DNA of 63,346 bases, filler included, from Choristocarpus tenellus KU-1152 (GCA_964200185.2; 12 parts of 12 records of this genome joined end to end with filler, not necessarily neighbours in it); one strand, 5' to 3'; positions 27,024 through 40,406 are shown, counted from the first letter of the whole stretch. Made by a program: numbers and translations. Notes: generated by a model not told the origin, from the sequence alone.

Positions 27024-30000
27024 ATGAACTCTACTAAAGTTCGACGTTGTAGTGCTTCAAGGTTAGCTGTGTTGTGGCTGTGGCCACCAGCTTACACTCT
27101 TGGGTTCGTTGATAGCGGTGGGCGTTCCTCGATTAAGCGTCACCATTCTAAAGGATGGAAGTTGTGGACTTCGGATGTATTTGGTCAACCACGTATTGCG
27201 AGCAGTCGCATGTCGACCACGGTGACCAGCAAGCCAAATGCTGCCACCTTAGGGTCTGAACAGCGCTGCTCGACTCATCATGATGCTGTATCGGGAGTTT
27301 CCTCTCCGAGTGGCAAGGATGTTCCCAATAAGAATGAGAACCGGGTACTTAATGCCCAAGACAAGAAGCAGATGTGGACGAAAGATGAAATTAACCATCG
27401 GCAACGTAAGCTCACCAAGACATTGAAAGCGATGGCCAACCGCCGCGAATGGAGAGAAGTTACATGTGAGGCAGCCGATGAGAGTGTCAGGATTTGAAAT
27501 TAGAATTCAAACATGAAGATTGCCATGGTGGGGAGGAATCGAGACGCGGAGTGCGGCAATGTTGAGTTCACTCACCCCATCCTGTATAGCAACTTTCGAT
27601 GAGAGATGGTTCAGTTCTTGCCGTCGCTGTTTTGCGCATGCTCTACAACATGAATAAAGGGTTGCCCATCAATAAAGCTGTATTTTCCTTCAATCGACCC
27701 TGTTTGAGGACAAAAGTGTTGCATCATTCACCAGGATGGCAACTGGTGCCGCACTAGAGTGATTCCACCCCCGTACCTCTTGTAGACACTCCACTTGTTA
27801 ACATATTTGCACCGAAATTTCGAATCCTTCCTTTAATATATCTCTCAGGTCTTCATACCGTGCTTTTTAACCCGTCTTTCGTATTGACCTTGACGCATCC
27901 TTACAATTCCACCTCACAAAGACACATCCAACATGTCCTACCACCTGACCATTGAATTTGAAATTCCCTCCCAGTATCATGCACATACGATATCGTGCCC
28001 TTCCCAAATTAACCATGTTTTTCTACAAATATTTATCCCCTCCTCTGAAAGCACTGCTGGCTGAGGCCCACACAAGTGGTATACCTCTGACTGTCATCTG
28101 CTGCAATGCAGCGATGGGTGTGTTTGCTCGCAGCGGCTGTTGGTCACAGGCACTGGAGCTGCTGAGTAATATGCAGGACAAGGGGACTGAGGGTGCCCCT
28201 CTCCCAATCCCTGATGTGATAACATACAACACAGCCATTAGCGGTGAGAGTTTCCTGTGAAATTTTTGAACCACCTTTCATGAGAGGATATTCCATTTAC
28301 TCCCAGTGCAGACTTGAATAGCACTGGAGGAAGGCTGACACCAAATTTCATTATGATCGTCATCACCAATCGCCTCTGAGAGTTAAATATTTTGCCTAGC
28401 ACTTGTTGCAATCCTTTTTCATGTTCCATTGTGTGAACTATGGTTGTTTTGAAACATGCTACCCCATTTGTAGGACTACGTAGTGTTTTCTAGCCTTTGA
28501 CTATTGTGTGCCTGCTTCCCCTCCACAACCCATACTTTTACCCTCAAACCCTTGGCATCTTCCACCTTGGTAAAGCTTGTGGGAGAGGAAGGAAGTACCA
28601 ATTGGCATTAAACCTGCTTCGACAGATGGAGGAGGAAGGCATTTCCCCAGACAGGGTGAGACCCGACCCTTGCTATACCTATACAGAGGTTGACCGCACT
28701 TCACTCGTACTGATGAGGAGAGGAACGCAGTGGCTGGAGGTAGCACTTACTAGTATAGTCAAGTGATTTTTTTTTTTTGCGGTGTGGGATAGCAGAGTGG
28801 AGCACGATGTCAATCGTTAAGTGAGTACTGTACTGCAGGACAGATATGTTATACTACTCCTAGCACTAGTGCGTCAAGGCTCACAAGGGTGAAGCGCTCC
28901 CACATCAAAAGGGAGGTGTTTTTTTTGTTTTCCATGGAGAAAGTCCGCATGATCTCTTACATGGTTGTAGTGTGTGTCAATTTGGCAGTGTTGGTGGTCG
29001 ATCCACTTGCATTTGACATGCCTGATTTGGTATCAACCGTGAAGAGGTCGTACGGTGTACTGCCTGATTTGTTGAAAGAGGACAAAAGTCAACAGGTCTT
29101 CTCGCCAGCATCCCCTCCCAGCTGCTGCTCTTATGCGATGAATGTGTGTATCAGGATTTATTTTTTTTTCTCATCAAGCCAATGAAGCAAGCAAGCACTC
29201 CTGTACACGAGCAGTATTTATTATTCCTCCCATTTTATAATAACTAGCAGTATTTACTAGCACCGTACTTTTTCGAGAGACAGGCCTCCCTCACTACAAT
29301 ACAGAGGCAATGCGCCGATTGCATTTTTTTTCTTTTTTTCTTATTTTCTTTTTTTTCCATTTGCACCATTTTTGTTTTTGTTTTGTTTATCTCGTGGCGC
29401 TCTATCCGTACCAGTTCTCCTTCTCAGCAGCAATCTCCGCCTGCAAGAGCTCCGCACAATGGCAGACCGCGCTGACCCTGTTAGACACCATGCAACGCAA
29501 GGGACTAGGTCGAGAACTCCATTCCCTCAATGCAGCTGTGGCAGCTTGTGCAGTGGCTTGCCAGTGGGAACCAGCCCTAAGTATTCTACAGGAGATGGAA
29601 AAAAAAGGTCCCCGGCCGGATGTTTTCACTTTCAGCTCTGCAATTGACGCGTGAGTGGGATGAACACTGTTGATCGGGAGAGGGGTTTTGGTGAGGGGGG
29701 GTGTGGTGGAGGAGAAAGGCTTGGTGCCGGCTTATTGAATGTTTAAACGAGTCCGTTGTGTTGCTTGGTTGTGTTGGTTGTTGTTGTGAAGTTGTGACTG
29801 TGCTGAGGTCGAAGGGAGTTACGATACAAAGTATGGCAATTGGTTGGGCCTATGTATGCCATTGGTGCCTGATGTTGCAGTAAGCGCTATCGAGCCGTAC
29901 CTCAGAATGTTTGAGTGTGCTCCTCCTGTTGCTGCTTGCGTTCTGCTTAATGTTTTCGTGTAGAACCACACCATCCCCCTTGGAGTGATTGATCAACTAT

Positions 30001-30599
30001 TCTGGTGTTGCTATTGTACTGCGGGCGTACCCATTGATCCGAATCAACACTGTTTCTATGAATATCGATGGCGTTGGTCTTGCCATTGCTGACCTCACTA
30101 GAAAACTATACCTTGGAAAGGCGCCTCAGTTTTACCTTTCCATGGCAATGAGAGACAGTGATGTGCTTCCATCCTACAGCTCAGCAAGGAACCCTTTGTG
30201 TGTTTCACACCTGCGGCAGTGCGGCATGTACTCCATAGTATGTGTATATATATACTCTTTTCTATCAAAGTATAGTGTATGCCCCCCCTCCCCCACCCCA
30301 GCCCCCTTGCTCTCTCTGTCCCTGTACACACCCTCAAAACCCAAGCTCTTTTTTCCTCATCCCTCACTTGCCATGCTCAGCTGTGGGAGGGGTGGTCAGC
30401 CTGACAAGGCTGTTGCCCTCCTAAGGGTCATGTCCAGGAGCAGGATTGCCCCCAACATCGTGTGCTACAATGCCACAATAGGGGCCCTAGCCCGATATGG
30501 CAGATGGCAGGAGGCACGGGCACTGTTAAGGGAGATCCAGACTCGGCCAAACGTTGGAGTGGATGTTAAGAATGGTGCAAGGAGGGGGGGTGGGGGGGG
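27024..30599 (+). CDS. Pentatricopeptide-repeat protein, probably organellar, 3'-truncated; exons 27024-27465, 28052-28243, 28576-28655, 29415-29650, 30381-gap
   Basis: Tandem ~35-aa PPR motifs (PDVITYNTAISACGRGRKYQLALNLLRQMEEEGISPD, FSFSAAISACK, PDVFTFSSAIDACGRGG, PNIVCYNATIGALAR) join in phase. Confidence 0.93.
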
Positions 30600-31067
30600 N
30601 NNNNNNNNNNNNNNNNNNNNNNNNNNNNNNNNNNNNNNNNNNNTTAATTAATTAANNNNNNNNNNNNNNNNNNNNNNNNNNNNNNNNNNNNNNNNNNNNA
30701 ATAAATAATTATAGGTATTTTTTTTTTTTGGTTTCGCAAAAGGGGGGGGGGGGGGGGGGGGGGGAAGAACTACTGACGGAAGTCAAGGTCATTGTGGATA
30801 TGGTGGTGCACTTTCTTGATGGGACTTTGAGGTCAACACTACCACAAGGGGTGAAGGTGCTAAATAAGATGCAAGTCACCAATGTACCCTGGTGTTTCAG
30901 ATATCCCTATCATCTTACGTATTTGTTCCAGCGAGTCACCTCACCCATCAGGCACTGTTAATACCTCCCTTTGCTGCTGAGCTTATACCACACTCAGGCT
31001 CTGTATCCTACAAAATACAGCAAATGCCTTCAGGTGACCAGGGGGAATCAAACTTGAGGAATCACAC

Positions 31068-32276
31068 CTCGCCTATGAATCCATCCATAGGGAAGGATCT
31101 CTCCAAGCCCTTGCGAATGAGTTCTTCATTGGATTTATCCGTATCCGTCACCCTGTGTGTCGAGCAAAGGAAGGAGTCTCATATCAGAGAAGGCGTGAGC
31201 TTAACTGGTCTCTATCCCACTTTCAGTAGCAGAACACACTTTACGGTAACAGGACGCCTGCACTCAGAGCACAAACAAGTAATTTGAGGGCGTCGTAAAG
31301 GTGATATTAAACGCTAAATCATCGTACGACATATCTGCGTAATTGAAGACTATCGTGGAACATACTTTCAGTCCTACAATCTGTGCTGGTATTTCACACT
31401 CCAGTCACACAATTTCGGGGATGGTGATTGCATGGTGAGCACACGCAACCAATAAAAAAAATCTTGCCCACGTGGGATACACTAGAGGGGACAGCTTGGT
31501 TTGCCTCACAGGTCATGTTGGCCCTTGTGCGAGACACTCTTGCTCTTTTCTTGTGCTTCTAACATTGCCATACCAGCCCTTAGTGCCAACGACGTCGCCT
31601 TTCGCAACCTAGAAGCCCTGCAACAAAGGAGACCCGGGCATAATGCATATGGCATCAGTACGAGTATCAAATGGCGATAGAGAGTATGAGTTTGACCTTT
31701 GTCTTCATTCAGAACATCGCTGCGATCTCCCACCAGCAAGATCCTACAAGGATTGGAAGGGCATGGTGGATGCACAAGACTCAAAGGATAGTCCCAGAAA
31801 TTAGCACACAATGGAATAAACCTACCTATCGATTAAACTTCTCGCACGCATCTGCAAGGTCTGACGACACCCAAACATGCTTCCGCTTCACGATTCGGCA
31901 GGAATGTGATGATTCTTCCCTTGGCACACCTCTCATTATCGTATTGTTTACACTTCAGAGGTAGATTGGCCATCTGCGTCTACCTTCCCATATACTCACT
32001 CTACACCTTCCTGGTCTACTCTAGAGACACGTATCATATACCTACAATTACAGCAGCAATTTCGTGGTATACTGAGTTGCGGCACTCTCACCATCGCCCT
32101 TCAACCTCAGCTTCCAGAACTCCCACTACACCTCGGTCGTCCCACTCTTCCAAGATCCTTCGCCTCCGCTTTCGCCTCGCAAGATACCTGCTAGTATGGG
32201 GCCCAGACAAAGTGGCGAGGATTGCAAGTGCTACAGCCCACCCCACCAGCACGTCTCGCCTCGTATTGGACGACAT
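31068..32276 (-). CDS. Inositol monophosphatase-family protein with N-terminal transmembrane anchor, partial; exons 32276-32092, 31919-31848, 31617-31510, 31152-31068
   Basis: Spliced LRKATSLALRAGMAML...VSHKGQHDLVTDTDKSNEELIRKGLERSFPMDGFIGE matches the IMPase N-terminal signature. Exon 1 has VLVGWAVALAILATL and then RRKRRRR. The exon 2 join is less certain. Confidence 0.8.
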
Positions 32277-33255
32277 GGTGTGTAAAAAGTCGATGCAGGT
32301 CACAGGTTTATTTTGAATGTTTGAACGTACAGTTTGATGATGTATGTCATGTCACAAACCAAAAAGGTTTTATATTTTACAAAAAATGATTCTTGGGGAT
32401 AATGCGTACAAAAAAATGAAAATAACGGCCAAGAAAGTGATTGATGTTTTTCTATTGAAATGATTGTCCAAACAAATATCTTTTAAAAACAAGATATTAT
32501 ACCTCCTTTTAAAACACACCAAGTGAAAGTCAAACCAGCCAACCGTGACATCAGGGGAGTTTTTCAATTTCGCGACCATAGGCGAAGGAAAGTCAACCAG
32601 CCAGCTACCCAACCCAGCTTCAATTAGCAAGGATAGTGGTGAAAAAATTTCGGTATGGGAGGTAGGCAGTCCAAGTCCAGGGATAAGTCCACATTGAAGG
32701 AACAGAGACGAGTGCCGAAGAATGTTGTGGATGAGGTGAGTAGGGGGGAGGGATAACAACGCAGGGTTTATCGATATTTCGGTGCTATCATCATTTGTCG
32801 TTGCACCTTGTGTGTGTTGATCCTTGGTTTCTTGTCCTGAGTATCGAGATTGCCCAATAGGTGCTGAAGAACCCTTCGATCTCAATGGCAACCATCCCAA
32901 GGTTATCCTAACTCACGAAACCCCCCCACAGCCTGTAGTAGAATGTCAGTCAGACCTCATCACAAAGCTATGAGTAATATTTGAAGGGAATGTTAAGCTA
33001 TGTTGGCATGCATGGGTAGAAGTCAACTGCTTTTTCTGAGCATATCCCTGTAAATATGTCTCAACATAGGACCAAGTTGCAGGTTGGAGAAGCAAAGCGT
33101 GTAGTGTTCCAATCATCCTCACCATACCCAGCAGCCCCTCGTGCCCGTGCAAAAGTCCCCCTGCCACATCTAATCTTGCAAAGAACAAATCACGGCAATG
33201 TGCTCCTTTCCTGACCCATCACCCGAAATAAAATGTCAACCCTTACCTCTTTCAG

Positions 33256-33462
33256 ACCATGGATTCTGCTGGTGGCCTAGAAGACCACCTTGGTCCAGGG
33301 GAAAGGGCGGAGCGCCGTTTCCTGCGCAGTTTCGATGGGGATGAGGCTGGATCAGGATTTGCGGATGTGGACCAGTCAGTTGATCGTTATGACTACTTGA
33401 TCGTGTTTCCTCGCCCACAAGAAATGGCTCATACATCTCAGGAGGAGCAATCCGAAGAAAGG
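33256..33462 (+). CDS. Probable exon of an unidentified protein, weakly like an anoctamin/TMEM16 N-terminus
   Basis: Bounded by CAG and GTAAG, open frame containing RYDYLIVFP. The family guess rests on that short motif only. Confidence 0.35.
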
Positions 33463-33760
33463 GTAAGAGAGAGTGTGGTCGGGGTTGGGGTGACGGAATT
33501 TTAACAGATAGAGGCGGCACGGCAGAGAGACTGGAGAGAGGACGAGGAGGTTTCTTTCGCATTTCTAAGAATTTGATGTGTTGTGGCCTGTGCCAAACGA
33601 GTCCATCCTATCGGGTGCAGTTGGGTGGAGATGAAAAGACCCAAAGTATCTGGGAGGGGGNNNNNNNNNNNNNNNNNNNNNNNNNNNNNNNNNNNNNNNN
33701 NNNNTTAATTAATTAANNNNNNNNNNNNNNNNNNNNNNNNNNNNNNNNNNNNNNNNNNNN

Positions 33761-36676
33761 ACGCCGCCACAGAATCACACGATTCACATTGGCGACACCG
33801 GTGTCCTCAGAAATAGGGTGACAGGGGATTTATGTTTGATTGCGGACAGAAGATGCTGAACGAAGACGTGGATCCCCCCCTTTCCCTTTCACAGATCGAC
33901 AGGCAAATGTCAGACCCGTGTTGTTGACCCTCGAGCATTGTGTTAGCTCGGGCGACCGTGACACTCGTCGGGTCCTTTTTCAGGGAGAACCAGTCCCACC
34001 CCCAAGTTCAACTACTTGTGAGGTGGTCACGTCACAGGCACAGTTCGGGGACTCTGTGCTATCGTACATCGCGCACCACGTCAACGAGTGCACCAGGACA
34101 AACACTGTGCCTCCTAGATGGCTCCAGGACCTCATGCAACTGCATGCTCACGGAATGGACTCAGATCATGTAAGAACTGTTGAACGAAGTAGCAGCGTCG
34201 CACGCCCATCATCAATACCAGAAGCGAGTCGTTTCGGGTTTTCCGCTTCGGAAATACCATCTGGTCTTGTCATTAAAGGTTCGGGAGAGGAAAATTTACC
34301 ACTCTTGTTTTCCAAATGGCATGTGACGATTTCCTTGCACTCTAAACAGTATGGTACCGCATCCCCTGAGACAATCAATGCTTGATGTGTAGAATTTTTA
34401 CCGAAAATTCTTCAAGGACCAGCTGAAACCTTTTACTTTCAGGGGTTGGCAGGCACAGTGGAGTGGCGTTCAACTAGTGATTTGGCTCGGTTGCAGTCGT
34501 CTCTTGACATTCCCATCCCCATTACACCACCAAAGACATGGGATGATGTCCAGAAAGCCCTTATCACTGCGTTTACTCCTGCCCATGCCGTAAGTGTATC
34601 GGCGCATCGACTAACGTCTCTGAAACAGGGGGAGAATGAATCTGTTGACCAGTATACTTTAGGTTGCACCACTGCAATGAACCGTTTTCTGGATGATGTT
34701 AATCGCACAACGTCGTCCTCAGATGCAGTTGACACAAAAGCTTTGCTTGTCGAGCAACTGAAGATTACGCTGATGGAAGATGGCTTACTCCCTGCAATTC
34801 GTCTTGAGCAGATTCGGGACGAACCTGCCACCTCGTTTGCGCAAGCTCGTGACCGTGCCAAACGGCATGAAGCTAACCATTTGTCGGGTCATAACCCCAA
34901 CCCCATGACTTACACGAGTGCTGTTACTCAAAATTCTCGTCGCGGACAGGTTCCTCGTAGTGAACTTGAGCAATCACAACCTGAGTGCCAAAGGCTACGT
35001 ACGGAGGTGGAACGTCACCGAGCAGGGGAGGCAACCCTCAACAGGGCCCCAGCTCGGTCGTTGGCGGGTCCACCTCCCTCAGCCGTGCACTTTGACAGAC
35101 CAACACGACCCCAAGACACGTCACCTTACTCAGCCTCACCGTCCAGCTCGACGTAGACCATGAATCAGCAAAATAGTGTGTGCCAGTACCCAGGTTGTCA
35201 GGCAGTGACTCGTGAGGGTCACACAACCCAGTCGGGCCTGGACAATCCACGGGGTGCTCGTTTGCCATATTGCGTCGTACAGGCAGGGGTCGTGGAAGTC
35301 GTGTTCGTGTTTGTGAGGACAGTGAGTCAATACCTGGCCATTATGGTCCGCGTCCCTAGGGATGCCCAGGTGGATTTGACTCCTGTCCACTTGGGAACAG
35401 TCATGGTGTTGTTGGTGACACCATCGTAGGGAGTGGCAAGCGTCAGAGGTTGACGCCAGTCATACCTCTTGCCCCGCAGGCATCGTTTATTGCCTGCACG
35501 CGTGTCACTAAGCATTTTTCTTTGCCATTAGTTCAACCAAACTCGTGTGATAATAATGAAACTTGGTTCAACAGTTCTTTGTGCAGATACCCATCCATGC
35601 CCAAACCTTTGTCGTTTTCATCACAAAGAGTTCGTGTATCTGGCACCGTTGAAGAACAAGAGGAAAATGACTTGACAATTGACACAGCCAGTGATGTACC
35701 ATGTATTTCTGAAATATTTGTTCGCAATCACCCTCAACTGAAACGTTTTGATGTGCATCCTGTCCCACCTGGTGCAATAAATCTACGTGCAGCAAATGGT
35801 TCACCTTTGCATATTCGTGGATTTATTCGTTTTGCACTTACACTTGGTGACACCACATTGCCAGTTGAAGCTTTAGTGATTCCCCAACTTGGTCCTGATA
35901 AAATTCTGCTTGATAATAGTGTTATGCAGGAATTCGGTGCAATCCTTGATTGGCAAGAATAACGTCTTTCATTTCACAACTGTTCGTGTATCATTTCAGC
36001 AAGACATCACATGGCAAGGAGCCCCACTCAAGTACGTGATACAAGTACCACTCCTTCGTGTTCTGTGGTGAGTGTGCAACATGATGTTGTCCCTATACCT
36101 GTTCGTGTACATAAACAGTATGACATACCAGCTGGTCATGAAATCATCGTACGTTGCACAACTGATACTAGTCCGTCATTGGACACTGCCGTAGTAGTGG
36201 AGCCAGTCATACACTCCATGCCTCCTGTAGATCAAACCTCTGAACCTACGCATCCATGGAACCGTATCGTAGTTGCTCGCACTCTCAGTATTTGGTCAAC
36301 CAATAATAAATCAGTATTGGTTCAACTAGAAAATCCAACAACACGGAAAGTACGTATCAGGAAGCATCTTGTGAGAGGTCGCTTAACCCCTATTTCAGAT
36401 CAGGTAACAATCACTCTTAGTGCTCTAAATACGGATTCTGCTCCATTCAGTAAAGCTAGAGAGGAGTTACATCAAGCCTTCACCAAGTCAAACGCATTCA
36501 AAGATACCACGTTCAATCAGTCCCAAGTGTCTCAACATTTAGACCTCTGTGCTCGTTATAGATCGGTATTTTCGTTGAATACAGCAGAACTAGGCAGATG
36601 TACCCTAGCTGAAGCAGAAATTCCTATATAGCCTGGTACCAAACCTGTTGACAGGAACCCTTACAGAGCAAACCCC
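33761..36676 (+). mobile_element. Ty3/Gypsy retrotransposon 5' half: LTR end, PBS, gag, protease, start of RT
   Basis: LTR ends ...GATTCACA at 33788; PBS TGGCGACACCGGTG at 33790-33803; gag LKQGENESVDQY; protease TIDTASDVPCIS...ILLDNS; pre-RT LGRCTLAEAEIP..PGTKPV...PYR. In-frame stops are present. Confidence 0.9.
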
Positions 36677-36776
36677 NNNNNNNNNNNNNNNNNNNNNNNN
36701 NNNNNNNNNNNNNNNNNNNNTTAATTAATTAANNNNNNNNNNNNNNNNNNNNNNNNNNNNNNNNNNNNNNNNNNNN

Positions 36777-37360
36777 CGCCTCGGCAAGCAAGTGGAATGC
36801 TTCCTGGATGAGCTGGATACTCACATGGTAGGGGGAAGAGGAGTGGGAGGATATTGTAGGAAAGGACTAGTTATATCCCGGCTACGCCAAATTGTTTCGG
36901 TGACTACGCAAGTGGAGTGCTTCCTGGATGAGCTGGATATTCACATGGTAGGGGAAAAAGGAGCTGGAGGATATTGTAGGAAAGGAGCAGTTAAATCTCG
37001 GCTACACCAAATTGATTCGGTGACTACGCAAGTGGCATTGTCTCGACGTGTCATGCACTTCAAACTAGAGTCACCAGGGAGATGGGCATGGAGGGGTTTG
37101 CTGGATTCTTGGGATGCCTCCCTAGCTTCCCCCCCCGGGGCGCAGGAGTAGGTAGATAGGAAGCACAGGAAGACAGTAGTACAATATTGATATTGGTGAA
37201 GTAACTGATAGATTGGTGGTTTTCACACTTACAGTGTTTTATAGTGTTTTCACATTTATGATATTTTATTTCCTTAGGACTAATAATGACGTATGTATAG
37301 TTTTCATTGGTTTTCCCCCGTGACACATCTGCAAAATGTCAGAGGGCATAATAATATAAT
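36777..37360 (+). mobile_element. CRE-like retroposon 3' fragment with an internal ~120-bp tandem duplication
   Basis: FLDELD.H.VG....G.Y.RKG.V.SRL.QI.SVTTQV occurs twice, then the 3' UTR, hairpin and (AAT) tail. Confidence 0.85.
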
Positions 37361-39320
37361 AATAATTACTCAACCACCTGGAATAAATATCAACTCATAT
37401 AACATACCCTAGCCCTAAACCCTAACCCTAAATTGGATACAAGTACGATATGGCACATTGTCTACTATTTAATGTTCTATTGTGTTTGTTACCAGATATC
37501 TGAGTGATTCTAACACCTGCGTGGTCATTTTCTGATGGGTCGTGGAGTTTGTTGCAGACTGGGGAAAAGAAGAAATACGACTCAATCCTGAATCTGGGGT
37601 GATGCCGTTGTTGTATACAAACTCTTGTTTTGTGTAGGAGCATTTTCAAGATCTCAATTTGAGGAGGAAAAGTCCTTGTTGTGTGTCAGTAGTAAATATT
37701 ATTGTAGTTTGTACAAATGTTTGTGGTGTTAATTCCCTCTTCTCCCACCTGATCTGTGTTCTAACCAAAGTACTGCCATTACTACTTCCTGCTTGTATTA
37801 GCACTACGTACTGGTGTGTTGTTGTTGTAGCATGCAGTAACGATAATGATGAATATTAAGTTTTATAGTAGTTTGCTTAATGGTGAGTGCGAACATAAGT
37901 ATGGCAACAGCAGCAACAAGAACAATTACATAAAACAAAAACTCCTTCTAAGGTAAGATAGCTCAAGGTAGAGTTATATACAGTAACTTCAGGTCTACAC
38001 CTACCTGAGCGGATTGCATACTTTGCCAAAAGCATCATTATCAGTGGGGGGAAATGGACCACTGGTGCTGCGATGCTACAATATTAGTATAGTATTAGTG
38101 ACAAATCTTCCAATAATACGTAGTTCTGTATGCATTATATTAACGCAATAGTACAATCTTGAAACGAATGCAAAACAGATGACGAGTGAAAATTCACCCT
38201 AGGAGTGGAACATGTGAGTCAGAGTAAGTGATAGGTACTCAGGTTTGCATTCTAAGGATGCTAACAAATATGTGCAAATTTCGGCTTTTTGTACAACTAC
38301 TGCGCGTAGACAATTTCCTGAATTCTGTCGAAAGTTATTGAAAAGTAGGGAGATACACGTTTTCAAGTCAATCTTAGTACTTCATCCATAGAAATGTGGA
38401 CGAATTGGAGACGACGAAAAAAGTGTCATAAATACAAAATGTTCAAAAACTGGGTAACTCCCGTTTATTTTGATTGTGCGTGCGTGCGAGAATACTACCA
38501 GGTGGTGAAACACATTCAAAGAGCTTTGTTGTCTACTACATGAAGGCGCCCCTGCTTTGCTATCCCTACATTACATATGGTGGAAGACTTGAGAGATCAG
38601 GAGATGATGTTGTATCCTGTAAGCAGCAAAGTGTATGAGATGTTTATCACCTCATGAGTTCATGTATTGTGTCATACATATACATACATCAATGTTCCCT
38701 ACCACCTCAATCGCCTTGGTTCAACATTGAGATATCACTGTGAAATAACTCATACAAGCTTTGGAAACCTGACAGTTACTATGTAAGGAGAGTCTGCATC
38801 ATGAAAAATATTTCACATCCATCGGCTCGGGGGAACATGCGTACAGTATTTGGATAGTTTTGGAGGGTTTTGTGTTTTCTTTCTACTACTATATTTGTAC
38901 GATATCCTCTGCCCTTCAATCTTGGTGCAACTCGAGTAAGACTCTCTTTCCCTCCTCTACTTAGAACATAATGACCACTGTGGTCCAGGAGGAGTCACTG
39001 TCATGCGCGAGATGCATTAGTATGTTGTGCAAATTACTACTTGGTTGAAACTTCTTGTAGCTGGAGACCCATCCTATCTTGAAGGGGGTTATATTAGGCC
39101 CTTTAGTATTCAGGTCTATAAATTCTTGGTCAACCCCTCATTTTCAATGTTTGAAATGCAGCTAATACTCTATAGGTTGTGGCTATAGAAGAGGAGACGA
39201 AAAATTGTCCACATAGACCCGAAATCACCTCATCAATTTTCTAGAAGTAGTGCATGTACCATCAGCCAGTTTGAGGGCTCCAAAATACTCAACACCTGCC
39301 TCCAAGATAGGATGGGCCAC

Positions 39321-39374
39321 TGTTACAGGCGCCCCTCAATGCTCACCTTCCAGGATGTACAACTCAAATCCAAC
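39321..39374 (+). mobile_element. Probable LTR terminus (TGTTACAGG...); reverse-complement copies at 44178-44241 and ~52010-52072
   Basis: Three near-identical contig-end copies share an exact boundary at TGTTACA/TGTAACA. Confidence 0.65.
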
Positions 39375-40278
39375 NNNNNNNNNNNNNNNNNNNNNNNNNN
39401 NNNNNNNNNNNNNNNNNNTTAATTAATTAANNNNNNNNNNNNNNNNNNNNNNNNNNNNNNNNNNNNNNNNNNNNTTGAGCCTGTTGTCATGCTGGGCGTC
39501 CTGCGGGAGGGGAGGGGGAGTGGGGGTGGGAGAGGGGTTGTTGGGGGGTTGGTGGGATGGTCTCACGGTAGTATGCACAGAGGATTGTGTGGGTGGTGTA
39601 AGGTATGCTCTAAAAAAAACAACATATATATATATCGTTCTTTTCTTTTCTTTGTTCATGCAATAGTGCTTACTCCAAAAGTGAAACCTTTTTTTTACTG
39701 CTCTGTGTTCTAGAGTAATTGTTCTTCCCTCTTCCATTTTACAGATGTGTGTAGAATTATGTAATTTTTTTTAGTTTATGGGGTTGTACCTTACTCATCA
39801 TACGGTGGAGGTACATAACTTGGAAGGGTTTTTTTGTTTTTGTTTTGTTCTTAGTGTGGTTCTGCAAGAGTTTAAAATTTGGAGGTGAGGTTGTGCAGCA
39901 GACCTCTACTTGTAGAACAAGAAATATCTCCTTGTTTTTGTTTTTTATTGCATGGACAGCACTTGCAGGTTCTTAGGAGACGTGATTTGTGTCATATGTG
40001 ATATTCATTTCCTGTCTTCCACTACTGTTTGTGGTACAATATTTTGTTTACATGTAAGAGAATATATTGTACAAGAATGATATCTACAGGATATGAATAT
40101 TAATAGTATACTCCTACTGTATGTAGTACTCCACAGAATATTCTATATACCTAAGAGAATATAATATACAGGGATAATATATATGGAATATTCATACATA
40201 AATGCAGTATACTTCCTACTGTTTGACGAAGTGTTTCCTATCGTTTGTATGCTTTATGAAGGGACCTGAAACATACAG

Positions 40279-40406
40279 TATCCCTGGAAGGCTTTACCTA
40301 CTGCATTAAGGAGCCCGAAAAGAGGGCAGTGGTGGAACAAGTAATAAGGGCGTTTCGAGAGAGGGTCATACCGCAGAGCGCTCACTTCTCTCACGGCGTC
40401 ATCCAC
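40279..40406 (+). CDS. Exon of a hydroxylysine-kinase / aminoglycoside-phosphotransferase-like protein
   Basis: CAG/GTGAGT-bounded exon SLEGFTYCIKEPEKRAVVEQVIRAFRERVIPQSAHFSHGVIH ends at the start of the VIHxDxxxxN catalytic motif. Other exons not found. Confidence 0.6.
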
